Source: Rhynchobatus australiae
Lineage: Eukaryota
Length of the DNA: 64,000 bases
Assembly: GCA_034780895.1 (NCBI GenBank)
Contig: JAUZTB010000048.1
Location: 36,912,205 to 36,976,204, forward strand
Direction: 5' to 3'
This document shows, in pieces, positions 38,372 to 52,138 of this stretch; within the stretch, counting starts at the first letter, position 1; each line of letters starts with the position of its first letter. Below the pieces are notes generated by a model. It did not search any database and was not told the DNA's origin. It saw only the letters and a program-made list of their open reading frames with translations. A program made the translations under genes and the position numbers.

Positions 38372-38455
38372 CGCGACCCAAAACGTCGACCGTTTATTTC
38401 CCTCCATAGATACTGCCTGACTTACTGAGTTCCTCCAGCATTGTGCTTGTTGCTA
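38372..38455 (+). mobile_element. Penelope pseudo-LTR 3' fragment
   Basis: gacccaaaacgtcgacc...ccctccatagatactgcctgacttactgagttcctccagc is similar to 52575-52628. Confidence 0.55.
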
Positions 38456-38755
38456 CAGCCCACCATGTCTGTGCCAACCATGACTCCAATCTAATCTCAT
38501 CCCATCTGCCAGCACACGTTCAATATCCTTCTATTCCCTGCCTGTTCGTGCATCTGAATGCCGTTTAACCATTGTTTATCATGTTTGCTTCTACCTCGTT
38601 CCTTGGCAAGGGTGTTCCAGGCACCTACCACTCTGTGTGGGGAAAAAAAACTTGCCTCACACACCTCCTTTAAACTTTCCCCCTCTCACCTTAAACCTGT
38701 GCCCTCTAGTATTTAACATTTTCACGCTGGGGTAAAAGACTAACCATCTACCGTA
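38455..38755 (-). mobile_element. CR1 3' end
   Basis: Reverse complement of actagagggcacaggtttaaggtgagaggggg...agagtggtaggtgcctggaac. Confidence 0.8.
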
Positions 38756-38822
38756 AACACTTGACGAGAACCAGCAGTGATTTACTATGTAAAAGGTCCT
38801 GTGTTGTTGGGGTTGATTGCTA

Positions 38823-39383
<561 letters not shown>

Positions 39384-39477
39384 TCACTGTTACTCTTTAT
39401 GCTCTACCCAGGCCATCTCCAACTCAACTTCATTGCACAAATCCTTCTAATTCTTTCTCCCTCACATCCATTATGGT

Positions 39478-39790
39478 GGCAACTGTGGCTCAGTGGATTG
39501 CACTCTTCCATTGAGACTCAGCAGAGTTCTGAGGGAGTGCCACACTGTTGGAATGTTACAATGCATTTGCTCCATAAAATGGATGAAAAAGATCACATGA
39601 CCTGGTCACCTTGTCGTCTGCCTGCACTGCACTTTCTCTGTAACTAAAACAATATTCTGCATTCTGTTATTGCTTTTCCCTTGTACCACCTTGATGCATT
39701 GATCTGTTGAAATGATTTGTATGAATGGCATGCAAAACAAAGTTTTTTCCACTGTACCTCGGGACATGTAACAATAATAAACCAATTTAC
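39478..39790 (+). mobile_element. Deu-SINE head remnant followed by a Rex/Babar 3' tail (39605-39790)
   Basis: gtggctcagtgg..gcactct...ctgagggagtgc, then tgcactgcactttctctgtaac...aataataaaccaat. Confidence 0.6.
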
Positions 39791-40996
39791 CAAGGCCTTT
39801 GTACTTCAGTCGATTTAGATCCATAATCTAACCACTAACTTGCTCCTGGTTGAGGAGCTTGAGAACTGCACCATGTTGTTTATTTTTCCAAATGAGCCAA
39901 CGGGATGCCAAGAGAACAGTTAACCGGATGTTACAGCTTGCATTTTTCACCTTTTTAATTACCAGAAGTACCCTAGGAGTTACTTGGAACATCTGCAGTA
40001 TTACTGGGGGCAACCGTGTATTGGCAACCATGTGCTCTATTTTAAGAATGTGGCTATCAAAATGTGACATTGTGCACCAACTATTAACCAATTGCATTTG
40101 TTTGTAGATGTGCAAGAAGCATTCCAATGCAGTGACCTGCTAGGGTAACTCGAGCACCAATGGATGACTTGGAAACATGCAATTACCACTTAGTTCCAAT
40201 TACTTATACAAACTGAAAATTGATCATTTGGCTTAACTTTTCTCTAAGTGACCAAAATTGCACAATTTTGTCAGATAATCAACAGATCCTCACCTGCAAC
40301 CACCAGACCAAACCAAGAATAAAATCTGAAAAGATTCAAGCCCTGCTTTTCAGTTGGTATGAATGATAAATATGTTGAAGGGAATAAGAAAATCATCATA
40401 ATCCTTCACTTCATCTATGACTTCTTAGTACGAACTATTAGGCACTGCTGCCTGCCACAGAAATATACAATGCACCACAAGTGAACTTTACAAAATGAAG
40501 TCAGAGTAGTGGACACTGGTGCTGCTTCTCCAGAACTACCTAACCGTTACACACCCTCAGAAACCATTCAAATTGAGGACAGTTTTAGTTCCATAGCGGG
40601 GCATGTAGGGAAAGGGATCTCCAATTACTCCAGATGGAACCTGGATTATCACTGAGGGGACTATGAGTGAAGACAACCAAAGTATTGCAACTCCTACGTT
40701 GATGAACATTAATCTTGCCACGGACAGCAGACACAAGAAAGAAGGGCTGAGGATGGTGCTAAGAATGGTCAAAAAGAGATCAAAATCCATACTGACCTTA
40801 GTGCTGGGCTGTAACCAGAACAGAAAGCTTGAAGAACAGCAAGGGTGGTGTGAGCAAAGAGAGAGACTGGAGGGGGGAATTAAAAGAGCAGGTTGCAAAC
40901 AGGGGAAAAAAAGCATAAATAAGATTTGGAGGACAAAAGGAAAAGCAGGATTTGGGAGATCAGCACTGAAGTGGCAGAATTTAAGTAAAAAAAATG

Positions 40997-41280
40997 AGTT
41001 CAAGTCAAATTTATTATCATATGCACAAGTACGGTGAGGTACAGATTCAATGAAATGCAGCAGTATCACGTAGATTCAGACTACACACAGAATATAAATT
41101 TACAAGACAGTGAAGAAAGAGACTACAAAACAAGAAATTGGTGGAAAAAACCCACAATTATAAATAAGTCTATGGTATCACAAGAGGTGGTTGAGGCAAG
41201 ATTAGGGTTGTGCAGGTCAGTTCAGGAACCTGATGGTTGTGGCTGTTCCTGAACCTGGTGGTGTGGGACTTCAGACTTTT
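40997..41280 (-). mobile_element. Rex/Babar-type LINE 3' end
   Basis: tttattatcatatgcacaagtacggtgaggtacag...gctgttcctgaacctggtggtgtgggacttcag. Confidence 0.6.
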
Positions 41281-44200
41281 GGAAAAAGGTGATGAAGGAA
41301 GATGCAAGGGAGCACATGCCACAGGCCATCTAAAACCTATGACTGGGAAAAGGCTGAACCCATAATGTAGCCACACAGACCACAGACTCATCCTCCAACC
41401 TTGCAATCACCTAGAAAAAGGGAAAGCAAAAACAATACCAGATGTCCTCCAAATGCTAATATGTGCAATCACTGTACAGCACTCTTCACTTTGAGCTCAA
41501 CTCTCCCAGCAACACCAGCCAAAATCTTACTGGCTTTCTCCATGCCCACTGTATGCTGCTTGTGGGGCCTGCAATATGAGTGACTGACAGTTCTCTCATG
41601 TTCCTCTCTTGATCTGTTACTCCTTATGGGTAAGCCCGGCATAGTATGAATGGGACAAGTTTGCCAATCCCAGATGCACAAGTCTGCATCTGTCAACATT
41701 GAAAGGATATCAGGTGACAACCCTTTATATCCCAGCCTGATCATAAAAGCTATGAATAGCAACAGTCCCAACTGGAGTTTTGAGCAAGTCCAATCTTAAC
41801 CAAGTTTCATTGCCTGATAACGACATTCCTCTGCCTGCAAGATTTCAAACAATTACTCGTCCAATGTGATATAAATCACATTCAACAATGCCAACGTGAA
41901 CTTATTTTATCCAGTGATTTCCTGTGTGGTACTCCATCAAATCCTTTCTGGAAACCCACAAATACATCATCCCGGTCACTGCTTCTATCAAGTTAATAAA
42001 ACCATGCCAATAATTTCCAAAACAACACTAAGAATCCCCACTAACTGCCAACATTTCTATATGCACATAAATCAAACTCTGTATAAAACCTCCCAACAGC
42101 TTGCTTAAAATGAATGTCAAACTCTCAGACTTGTAATTTCTGGAGTCTGATTTCTTCTCTCCTTAAATAATAGACCACATGAGCCTCCCTGCTATCCATG
42201 GCAATCTCAAACTACTGAGAATGTGTGATGAGCCCATAAACATTGCATTTATTTGTTGTAATGTAGTGGGCCTAATGAAACCAGCTACTCCATTGCTTGA
42301 GGCATCATAATCTAAACCCATACTCACGGTAGTAATTGCACACCCAAACAATTTTTGCTGCATACCTACCAACTACATCATACTGCTATTAGCCACTGAA
42401 AACCAACGGTAAATATCTATGCAGCTTCTCAGGTTTAGTTTTATACTTATAACTTGCCTTTCCTCATTAACCTCCGAGAAGATAAATGCTCACTCTTTTG
42501 AAATTATTTTCTAGATTTCACAAGAAAATAAAACCTATCACTGCTGGTCCCCTTCTCAAATCACTGTAGCGCATTTAGCACTATTCTTAATTATTTCACC
42601 CTTGCCTAGTTAATAATTCTATCTGCTTGACAAGGATACCTCACAAGATATGAAAACCATGATTGTAATTAGTCCTTTTGGTCTCACTTCCCCGTTATCT
42701 TTTAGTGTTAGAGAAATTCCAGGCTCGTTTACCAGCATAGATCAGTTATTCTTGCCAAATGATTTCCTCAACTTTTCCTCATCCATGGAAGTCTACTTCT
42801 CCAGGGCTGTGTTCTAAACGTCATTAGCATTAATGTGATGCAAATTAGAATCTGACATATACAGTCACCACTGTTGCCCAGATGTTTCTTCACAAGGTAA
42901 AGTGATAGTGCAGAGAAAACCAGATGTTTCTTCACAAGGTAAAGTNNNNNNNNNNNNNNNNNNNNNNNNNGATAGTGCAGAGAAAACCAGGATATTCATC
43001 CTTAAAAGTCCAGGCTAGCATTTATATTTCACTTGAGTTTCAACCCAAGCATGCTTATCAAACACCAACAGCGTAACTGTTCTCCCTTACAGGCAGATTA
43101 AACCTCTCCTTCAATGCATCCATGTAATACTTGCCACAGACATTCCCAAGAGCAAAAAGTTCTACATTCTTACCAGTCTCTCGGTAATGAAAACTCTCTA
43201 CTTAATTTCTTAGTAATCATCTCATATTAATATATTCGAGATTTCACTCTTCCCAACATGTGGAAACATATTCTTCCCAACCTTTAAAAACCTGAAAGAC
43301 TACTTCAGCATGACGGCTTCTTCCCACCCCCTCCGCCCCAAACTCAATGACTCTTCCCTGTCCTGAACAATTTTGCATACCTGGTACCATCCTCATAAAT
43401 CTTTTCTGCACCTTTTCGGATCTCCAGTCCCACTATAATATGGCAACCAGCATTGTAAGGCTGTATTCCAAGTAGAGCTACTCAAGGAAGCAGGATATGT
43501 GTTAACCTTTTACTTTTCAATTCTATAAATCCTTGCAGGATTACAACTGTAGTTCCAAAACAAATTCAATATCCTCTTGTACAGATAACATATTCAATAA
43601 GGAAGCAATTACAAGCGTCAACAAATAATTTAGCTGCCCTCCTCCAATCTCATGTACCCACTATCAAATCACATGACCTCCTGTAATTGTAACACAACTT
43701 ATTTTCACTATTTCATTTACCCAAGAGTACCCTTCAAATAATGAAGTTTCACAGAGCACTAGAACACCCCAACTGGTTAGTCAATTCATTGTCTAAGCTT
43801 ATAACCCATAGACCTGAAGACTTATGTGTGCTTGTTGATACAGGAAGTCCGTGGGAATGAAAGACCATCTGGGAGGGGCAGAAATGCAAAGTGTGGCAAT
43901 GACTAACAGGGGCATCAATTTTATGGCAGGATGGAGAGAAAGGCAGGAGAACACTGGCAAAGGTTATGAAATTACCTCAAGTGTCATGTTTAATCAGCTC
44001 GATGATGACTATGCTATTAACTGGGAGTTACCAGTTTAATGGGCTTAACATTGTTAGTTACTTCGAACAAATTATTCAGGTATTTCCTGGAGACAGTCTA
44101 TTAGTGATATAATGATACTCTAAATATATAAATCATAAATGCAGAAAATTATGGTTTTTACTCGATAGCTCAAACAGTACCCTTGAACTTAAATAGGCAG

Positions 44201-44539
44201 TGTAACGCCAGATGCAGGAGGTTAAGGCATGTTACTGCCCAAACTTTGGTTTTCCAAATCCCTTAAACGAGACACAGTGAAGGAGATTTCATTTCCATCA
44301 AGAATGTTGCAGCCTGTTGAAACTCGATTGTAGAGGCAATCTCCCATCACATCCTGTGCCCCAAGGGCAATCGAAACACCTCAGACCTGACTCAATCACC
44401 AACTGTTCCAACTGAATACAAGAAAGGCGAGTATAAACACAAAATTGTTCCTCAGAAACAAAGATTCAACTAAAAACCAGAAATTAAAACTCCCAAACCT
44501 TCAACCACATATTAATAGCATGAATATGGATTAAGGCTA

Positions 44540-45272
44540 AAAGTCATACATCAGAGTTCTACACCACAGAAATGGCTCTTCAGCCCATCACGCCCATGCT
44601 GACCTTTTTGCACATTCAACGAATCTCTTCTGTACCCTCTCCAGCACAACCACTTCCTATAGTAACCAAAACTATACACAGTACTCCAAGTGTGTCCTAA
44701 CCAGCATTTTGTAACGTTGCAACGTAACGTACCAACCCTTATATCCTACACCCAACCTATGAAAACAAGCATGCCAAATACCTTCTTCACCAGATTGACC
44801 CTTTTGCAACTTTCAGGGAACTATGGACTTCAATCCCCAAGGTCCCTCTGTTCATCAACGTTCCTTAGCACCCTACCATTTACTGTACATGTCCTACCCC
44901 TATTTGACATCCTAAAATATAACACCTCTCACTTATCAGGGTTAAATTCCATCTGTCAATGTTCCACCCAACTTTCCATCCAATCTACATCCGGCTGTAT
45001 AGCCTTAGACAATACCAACAATTTTTGTGTCAATCACAAGCATATTAATCATACCTCCTCCATTCACATCCAAGTCACCAAAATATATGACAAAGAGCAA
45101 AGGTCCCAAGCACCAATGCCAGTGGTACACCACTAGTTACAGACCTCCCATCAGAAAATAATCCTTTCACCACCACCCTCTGCCTCCCATTACCAAGCCA
45201 ATTTTGGATCCAATTAACCAGCTTGCCTTGGATCCCATGTGCCTTAAATTCTGGACCAGCCTGCCATAAAGG
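44540..45272 (-). mobile_element. CR1 LINE RT fragment with tail
   Basis: Reverse complement of HGIQGKLVNWIQNWL...VTSGVP...DLDV...FNPDK...HTWSTVY. Confidence 0.75.
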
Positions 45273-45519
45273 ACAGCAACAACTTCAGTTCTGACCTTGC
45301 TAAAAATGAACTCCAAAAGGTACTGTGAAAGTTCATATTCTTTCTGAATATTTCTGGAAACTGGACTGAGAGATGACTTACACCGATATGTATCTAATAA
45401 AATTAGACTCCATAGAATTTTCAGCTTTACTTCTATAAAAACTATTTGTTCATATTTTACTAAAATTTACTTGAAGCAATGAGATTTTATTGCAAGCCAC
45501 AATATACTACAACTTACTT

Positions 45520-45852
45520 ATTATGACAGAGAATGAGGCTATTCAGCCCAGCAGGTTCCTGCAAGTTCCTGGCAGAGAAATCCTTTTAGTCCCATCCCCC
45601 TATCATATTTCTGTGGAGGCTTGCAAATTATTTTTCTCTCACATGCCTATCAACTGCCCTCTAATTCTTTGGTCACTTAACTATATTAAAGGCGTAATTT
45701 ACTGTGGACAATTACACTACCAGCATCTTTTAGGCTGTGGAAATTCACATGTGCACAGGGTGAATTTGCAAGCTCCACACAAACAAAAGCCAGGGTCAGG
45801 ATCAATCCTTCTGGAACAATGAGGAAGCAACACTAACTGCCATGTCACCATG
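45520..45852 (-). mobile_element. Old V-SINE
   Basis: Minus-strand head ggtgacatggcagttagtgttgcttcctca...gatcctgacc; V domain tgtgtggagcttgca. Confidence 0.6.
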
Positions 45853-47454
45853 AAACTCCAATTTACTAATGGAGAAAATGGGGGTTCAAAACTTGAATTG
45901 ATTTTATTGCCGTTTTTGACCTGGAGTATCTTATATCTAAGAATGCTGCTTAACTAAAACTGAAGTCCCAAACCAAGGAAAAATGAAATATTTACCATTT
46001 ATTTACAATTGAACTGTTTTAATCCACAGGGAAGTTATTTTTAAATAAACTTAATCCCAGTGACAAATACTCTTATTGAACTCACTTGACATTTAACTCC
46101 ACACACATATTTTAGATAATATGTCTGATCGAGCCAAGTAAAAATGTCTTTATTATATTGCTCTCTCAAAGCCAGACAATAGAAAATCACTGCAGTGAAA
46201 CAAATATTCCCAATGAGGGAAGAACATTCACAAAAATAATTATTCACCGTCAAAACCAAAGAAAATGATAAATTCAGACAGTAGATTGAATTTCTATATT
46301 CCCCCACTTCAGATATGTTTCCAAGAAACTACAACTCCTGTCACCAATTTTTTTTTAAAAAGTTGCTGATCTTCAAATCTAGTCCAGGCAACGAAATGAA
46401 GTGCAAGAGGATTAAGCTTGATGGATTGTGGCTGGTATCACTATTACACAGCGGTATTTCACAGGACTTAATGCAGTAGGTTGTAAAAGTTGTCATTTGT
46501 ACAGCACAAATAAACAGTCAGTGGTAAAATGTCTGGGCACGTCTCAAACCAGAGGCTCAATCACAGATCCAACCTCAATGCAATCACCTCTCTTTCTATT
46601 TAGAAATGTATACATTTTATTTCACCAAAAAAATGCATGCACAGTTTAGCAAAGAAAGATCAGGACAAGGGAAATACATTGCTGATTAAACACAGTTTTG
46701 GTTACAACTCACTATGTTGCCCAAATGCTCTTGTAGTTTCAACACAAACAAGTCAAAGATGGCAGGGCACACATGCTAGGCTTTCCCCACAGGCGCCTTA
46801 TACACGCTGCACCTCTCAGCACGTAGCCCTGAACCAAGCAAGATAGGCAACGTTCACTTGTGCTCCGCTCATTTGGCTGGAAGGACAGTGGGTTTCCAGC
46901 CAACCAACAGGGCCTCTTGTACCAAGCTGATGGTCCCTCACCCCAGCTGATGTCTGTTTCACACTTCGCTCCAGGGAACACCAATTCAAATAGAGGCAGT
47001 GCTTTCGCCTTTTCCAGCAGTCCCCCAAGCACAGGCTCACACCAAGAGAAAATACTCTCTCTCAAAAAGATAGGAAAAGGCGATATTTTGCTTTGGTGGC
47101 AGTCCAGCCCCAGGGAAGCAGAGAAATCCCAGCACTTTATTGGTACGGATCGCAAACATAATCGGTTCCATTGAAAATGATAACTCAGTATTATATAGTT
47201 CATGACTTTTTCAAAGTAACATTGGGGTGCAAGGCTACCAAGGATGCAATACCATATCCTGAAGTAGTTTCTCCTTGTCCATAACTACTGTCTCCCCACA
47301 ACAGGATTTCATTACCACAAGAAATTTGCTTATGGATCACACAAGATAAATGAAGATATTCTATCATTTATTTGATTTCCACAGTTCATAGTCATAATTG
47401 ATCACTCTAATTATATGGCAACTATTCCAAGACATGAAACAAAACAGTTTGATC

Positions 47455-47727
47455 AGATGAGGAGATTTACTGGGAGGTTATTGAGCCAATCACATTGCTG
47501 TGGTCTGGAGTTACACATAAATCATACCAAAATAATATTCCTTTCAAGGACATTCGTGAAACAGATGGATTTTTATGAAAATGCACTAGTTTTACAGTCA
47601 TCAGTTTTGAAATCTGCTTTTTAATTCATTTTTTTTAATTACTTGATTTTCAATTCCACAGCTGCTGTGATGAGATTTGAGCTCACCTCTCTGGATCAAT
47701 AGTCCAAGCATCTGAATACTAGTCCTG
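47455..47727 (-). mobile_element. tRNA-derived SINE, same family as 33890-34302
   Basis: The reverse complement has ggactagtattcag...ccatctgtttcacgaatgtcctt...actccagaccacagcaatgtg. Confidence 0.6.
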
Positions 47728-47802
47728 GAAAGTGAACTTCACGTGACAGAAGGAGAGAATTAATAAGAGCTGCAGACAAAAATCACAACTCTTTTTCTGA
47801 AG

Positions 47803-48010
47803 CACAACAAACGCAAAATGCTGAAAATTAGAAATAAAACCAAAAACTTTCATAATATTCAATAAGTCAGGCATGTGTCGGGAGAGAGAAAGAGTTAATG
47901 TTTCAGGTTGATGACATAGTAAAATCACCGACTTGAAAGGTTAACACTCCTCTCTCCACAGATGCTGCCTGACCTGCTGAGTATTTCAGGCAATTATTTG
48001 ATTTTATTCT
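47803..48010. mobile_element. Second palindromic Penelope pseudo-LTR-derived element
   Basis: Left arm ...ggagagagaaagagttaatgtttcaggttgatgac pairs imperfectly with right arm atcaccgacttgaaaggttaacactcctctctccacagatgctgcctgacctgctgagtatttc. Confidence 0.6.
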
Positions 48011-48330
48011 GCTTGTAAAGTTATGACTTAGCAAGTAGTTAAAAGTTGTTATTAGTGCTTCAATGTTTCCTCTCCTCGGACATCTTATAATTAGGTACCC
48101 AGATGGGAGTTTGTAAGATCACAATGGGTTTAGATGTGGTACAGGGACAAAAGCTATTCCCCTCAACAGATGGGTCAAGAAGCAGAGGATGAAAACTTAA
48201 GGTCATGTGCAAAAGATACAGAAGGGATGTGAAGAAAAATATTTTGACTTAATAAGTGGTTATGATCCAGAGCTCATTACTTGTAAGGGTGATGGAAATA
48301 GAGTTAACTAGATGGGCATGTGAGCATAAG

Positions 48331-48910
48331 TTTTTTTATTCCATTTATTCATTCCTGGGGTGTGGGCTTTGCAGGCTGAACCAGCATTTAATTGCCCATC
48401 TCTAGCTGCCCTCGAGGAGGTGGTGGTGAGCTGCCTTCTCGAACCACTGCAGTCCTTAAGGTTTGGTTATACCCACAATACTGCTTGGGAGAGTGTTCCA
48501 GGATTTTCACCCAGTGACGGTGAAGGAACTGCGATATATTTCCAAGTCAGCATGAAGTGTGGCTTGGAGGGCAACTTCAGGTGGTGGTTCCTGTGCTTTT
48601 GCTGTTCTTGTCGTTCTATCTGGTAGAGGATGTAGGTTTGGAAGGTGCTTTCTAAGGAATCTTGGTGAGTTGCTGCAGTATATCCAGTAGGTGGTACAAA
48701 CTGCTGCAACCGTGACTCAGCAGTGCAGTGAGTGAATGGTTGTGGATGGGGTGCCTTATCAAGCGGGCTGTGACATCCTCTATGGTGTCAAGCTTCTCGA
48801 GTGTTGTTGAAGCTGCACTCATCCAGGCAAGGCGAAAGTGTTCCATCACATTCCTGACTTGAGCCTTTGGGGAGTTAGGAGGGGAGTTACTCGCCTCAGG
48901 ATTCCTAGTC
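48331..48910 (-). mobile_element. CR1-group LINE 3' end
   Basis: KAQVRNVMEHFRLAWMSAASTTLEKLDTIED..ARLI; tail ggcagctcaccaccacctcctcgagggcagctagagatgggcaattaaatgctgg. Confidence 0.8.
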
Positions 48911-50184
48911 TCCAACTGGGAAAAGGGAAGGAAAGGATTGACTCGATTGCTCGACAAAAGTTTCGCACAGACTCAATGGGCTGAATGGTCCCTTTCTGTG
49001 CCATAACAACTCCATGATTGAATTTTCAGGGAGACAGTGCAGCAGAACCCTTTTGATTGTGAACAGTCCTAAATACCTGCAAGTCAGGTTGGATTCGTCA
49101 ACACACTTGAGCCAGTTTTAAATATTTAAAGGAAACCAAGGTGTAATTTGTATATAATGTAAACTCGGTTATTTAGCCTTTCTAGTCTTCTGCACCAGCT
49201 GCTCTGCACAAACAGCCTTGCAACATGACTTCAAATGGAATATACTTGCTTAACAATACCCGATCCCTAAACCACACCACTATTCAGAGCCTTCTGTTTA
49301 TTCACCTGACATTTTATACTCCTTTTAAACCACTTCATGGTCCTGCCCATTTTTGTAGGGAAAACTTCACATGGCAGAAGGAGAGAATTAATAACAGCCT
49401 ACAGACAAAAACAACAGACAAGCCTTATTCTGCTTAACGTATTCTCATGCTGCTGCTCTGTATGTGTGCTCCTCCACTCATTCAACCAACCCCCCCCATC
49501 CCCNNNNNNNNNNNNNNNNNNNNNNNNNNNNNNNNNNNNNNNNNNNNNNNNNNNNNNNNNNNNNNNNNNNNNNNNNNNNNNNNNNNNNNNNNNNNNNNNN
49601 NNNNNNNNNNNNNNNNNNNNNNNNNNNNNNNNNNNNNNNNNNNNNNNNNNNNNNNNNNNNNNNNNNNNNNNNNNNNNNNNNNNNNNNNNNNNNNNNNNNN
49701 NNNNNNNNNNNNNNNNNNNNNNNNNNNNNNNNNNNNNNNNNNNNNNNNNNNNNNNNNNNNNNNNNNNNNNNNNNNNNNNNNNNNNNNNNNNNNNNNNNNN
49801 NNNNNNNNNNNNNNNNNNNNNNNNNNNNNNNNNNNNNNNNNNNNNNNNNNNNNNNNNNNNNNNNNNNNNNNNNNNNNNNNNNNNNNNNNNNNNNNNNNNN
49901 NNNNNNNNNNNNNNNNNNNNNNNNNNNNNNNNNNNNNNNNNNNNNNNNNNNNNNNNNNNNNNNNNNNNNNNNNNNNACCACAACTCCACATTGTTCCCTA
50001 CCCCCAGTAACCTATCACCCACTTGCTTATCAAGAATCTACCTACCTTTGCCTTCAAAGTAATCAGACTTTTTCCCTCAAATTATGTGGAAGCAGAGTTC
50101 TAAAGACACACAACTCCAAGAGAAAAAAAATGCCATATCATCTGTTTTAAATGCGCCATCCTTTTTTTTAAAAAAAAATGGTTG

Positions 50185-50445
50185 ATACTTTTAAATTTCA
50201 AACATAATCTTTATTCACAATAAAAATATACAAAATAAACAGCGCAAAACATTTTAGATTTATTGTCAATAATGTTAACTTTTTTTTTAAACAATAGTAC
50301 TATTGCCACTTATAAGGCCCCCTGGGGTGATACCCCATTTCAATGTTCGAGTGGCTTCCCCACCTGACTCAGCCCCTCCATGTGCGGTAGCAGAAGGAGC
50401 CCAGACTGTGGTCCTTCCCCACAGAGCCTTTGAGTTGGCTTCACC
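50185..50445 (-). mobile_element. Tx1-like LINE 3' end
   Basis: The minus strand reads GEANSKALWGRTTV, then a 3' UTR ending gtgaataaagattatgtttgaaa. Confidence 0.55.
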
Positions 50446-50714
50446 AACCTTCACTCCTCCATTTCTGGCCTCTTAAACATCCCTGTATTGAATTGCTGCT
50501 TTCTGCTATATTGACCCAAAGGATGATCCCACACATGCACACACTCACTATATGGTCAAGTTTATGGTCCAAGGTGGAAGTAAGCAGGCAATTCAACTAT
50601 AAAAAGCTGTTTAATCCTCTCAAGGTGACGAGGGGCAGACAACAAATGTAACTTTAATGCAGTAGGAGCACAACGAGACGCAGATTCTTTGAATAGCATG
50701 ACAGACATCACAAT

Positions 50715-51070
50715 ATAGCCTCAACAGCTCCATCACAGACACAACCCTCCCCAGCATCCAGGACAAGAGGCGGAGCCTCAAGAAGGTGGGGTCCATCACT
50801 AAGGACCCTCACCATCCAGGCATGTCCTCTTCTTGTACTGCCATCAGGGAAGAGGTACAAGAGCCTGAAGACCCACACTCAACGACCCAGAAACAGCTTC
50901 TTCCCCTCCGCTATCAGATTTCTGAACGATTCCAGAACCTAAGAACACGAGCTCTTTATTCCTTCTTTTTGCACTATTTATTTCTGTAATTTTGTGTCTT
51001 TTCACTCTACTGCTGCCACAAAACAACAAATTTCATATCACTTAAGTCAGTGATAATAAATCTCATTCTG
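50715..51070 (+). mobile_element. Rex/Babar LINE 3' end
   Basis: SITKDPHHPG...LPSGKRYK...SFFPSAIRFLN; tail cagtgataataaatctcattctga. Confidence 0.8.
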
Positions 51071-52138
51071 AGGCTCGATCAATAAGATCACAGTTGCCTC
51101 AAATCCAACCTTCGCATCCAGAAACAAATTATTCCTGTTTCTAAGTAGAATGCCATGATGTTGGTATCAAATTCTTAAGTCCAGATGGCTAATCAAATTG
51201 TGTTTCATCTGTTATTATCATTGAAGCATGCAACCGGTGTCCTTGAGTCTACAACATAAAAATGCACATAAGTTGCATTCATCCTTTTATTATACGTATG
51301 CTGTCCTCTTGGTAATACTACAACCTGCTTCTCTATTCACAGCTGTGATTAAAACCTGTGGAAAGGTGCGCCTTATACAGCGGGTTTTATGGTAGTTTGC
51401 TTTTATTGGCCAGCTGTTAAAAATCCTGTCTCATTAGAGATGAGAGAGGATCGTTGCTTTCAATATAAAGCTTCTTTGTACAAAAGGGCTGAACTGACAG
51501 TTCCTACCAGACCAAAGGGCCTTGCTTAACAAAATGCAGTTCACATAGTGTTGTTTATTTGCTTAACCAACAGACAGTCATGTTCCAGCCTCCCCTTGCT
51601 CGCTGTTGGATTACCATCCATTCGTCCTCAGTCAAGGAAAAGAATTGAGCATGAGCTCTCTGAACTCACAACTACCCAAGCCAAGGTGGCAATGGCCTTT
51701 AAAGATATTATCATCTAAAATTTTACATTTCAAAGCACAGCTCTCGTTAACAGCTTATTTTTCTAAAACTGAGGTCTTGGTTTGAATTCGTACAGCAACT
51801 CCACCCAAAGAAACTGCTGGGAGGCTCGGCAACTGGCCTGTGTCCTGGGACCCAGGGACCAGCTGGCCATCGACATCAATAACATTGTAGAAGGATGGTC
51901 GAGGTTTTTTTTGAAATAACATGTGCTTTTTCTTTACTTTCTTGGAGACTTTGCATTCATGCAACTTTGGCAAGTAACTACGCGTGGCCTATAAAACTTC
52001 ACAATCTCCATAGGCCTGACGTATTGGTACGAGACATCAGTCTGCTGCTGGCTTCAGCCAACATTCATACCCTTATCACAAAGCCCTACACCTGTCTGGA
52101 ATGGAAGCCATCAATGAATTTCCTGACCACTCCTAATC

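Noticed and set aside
40557-41069. 170-aa hydrophobic ORF
   Set aside because: It is the antisense reading of purine-rich decayed repeat-like sequence and overlaps a Rex tail; no domain.
49337-50150. Long ORFs made mostly of X residues (also near 2581-3214, 29474-29812 and 30447-30931)
   Set aside because: Artefacts of translating through N gaps.
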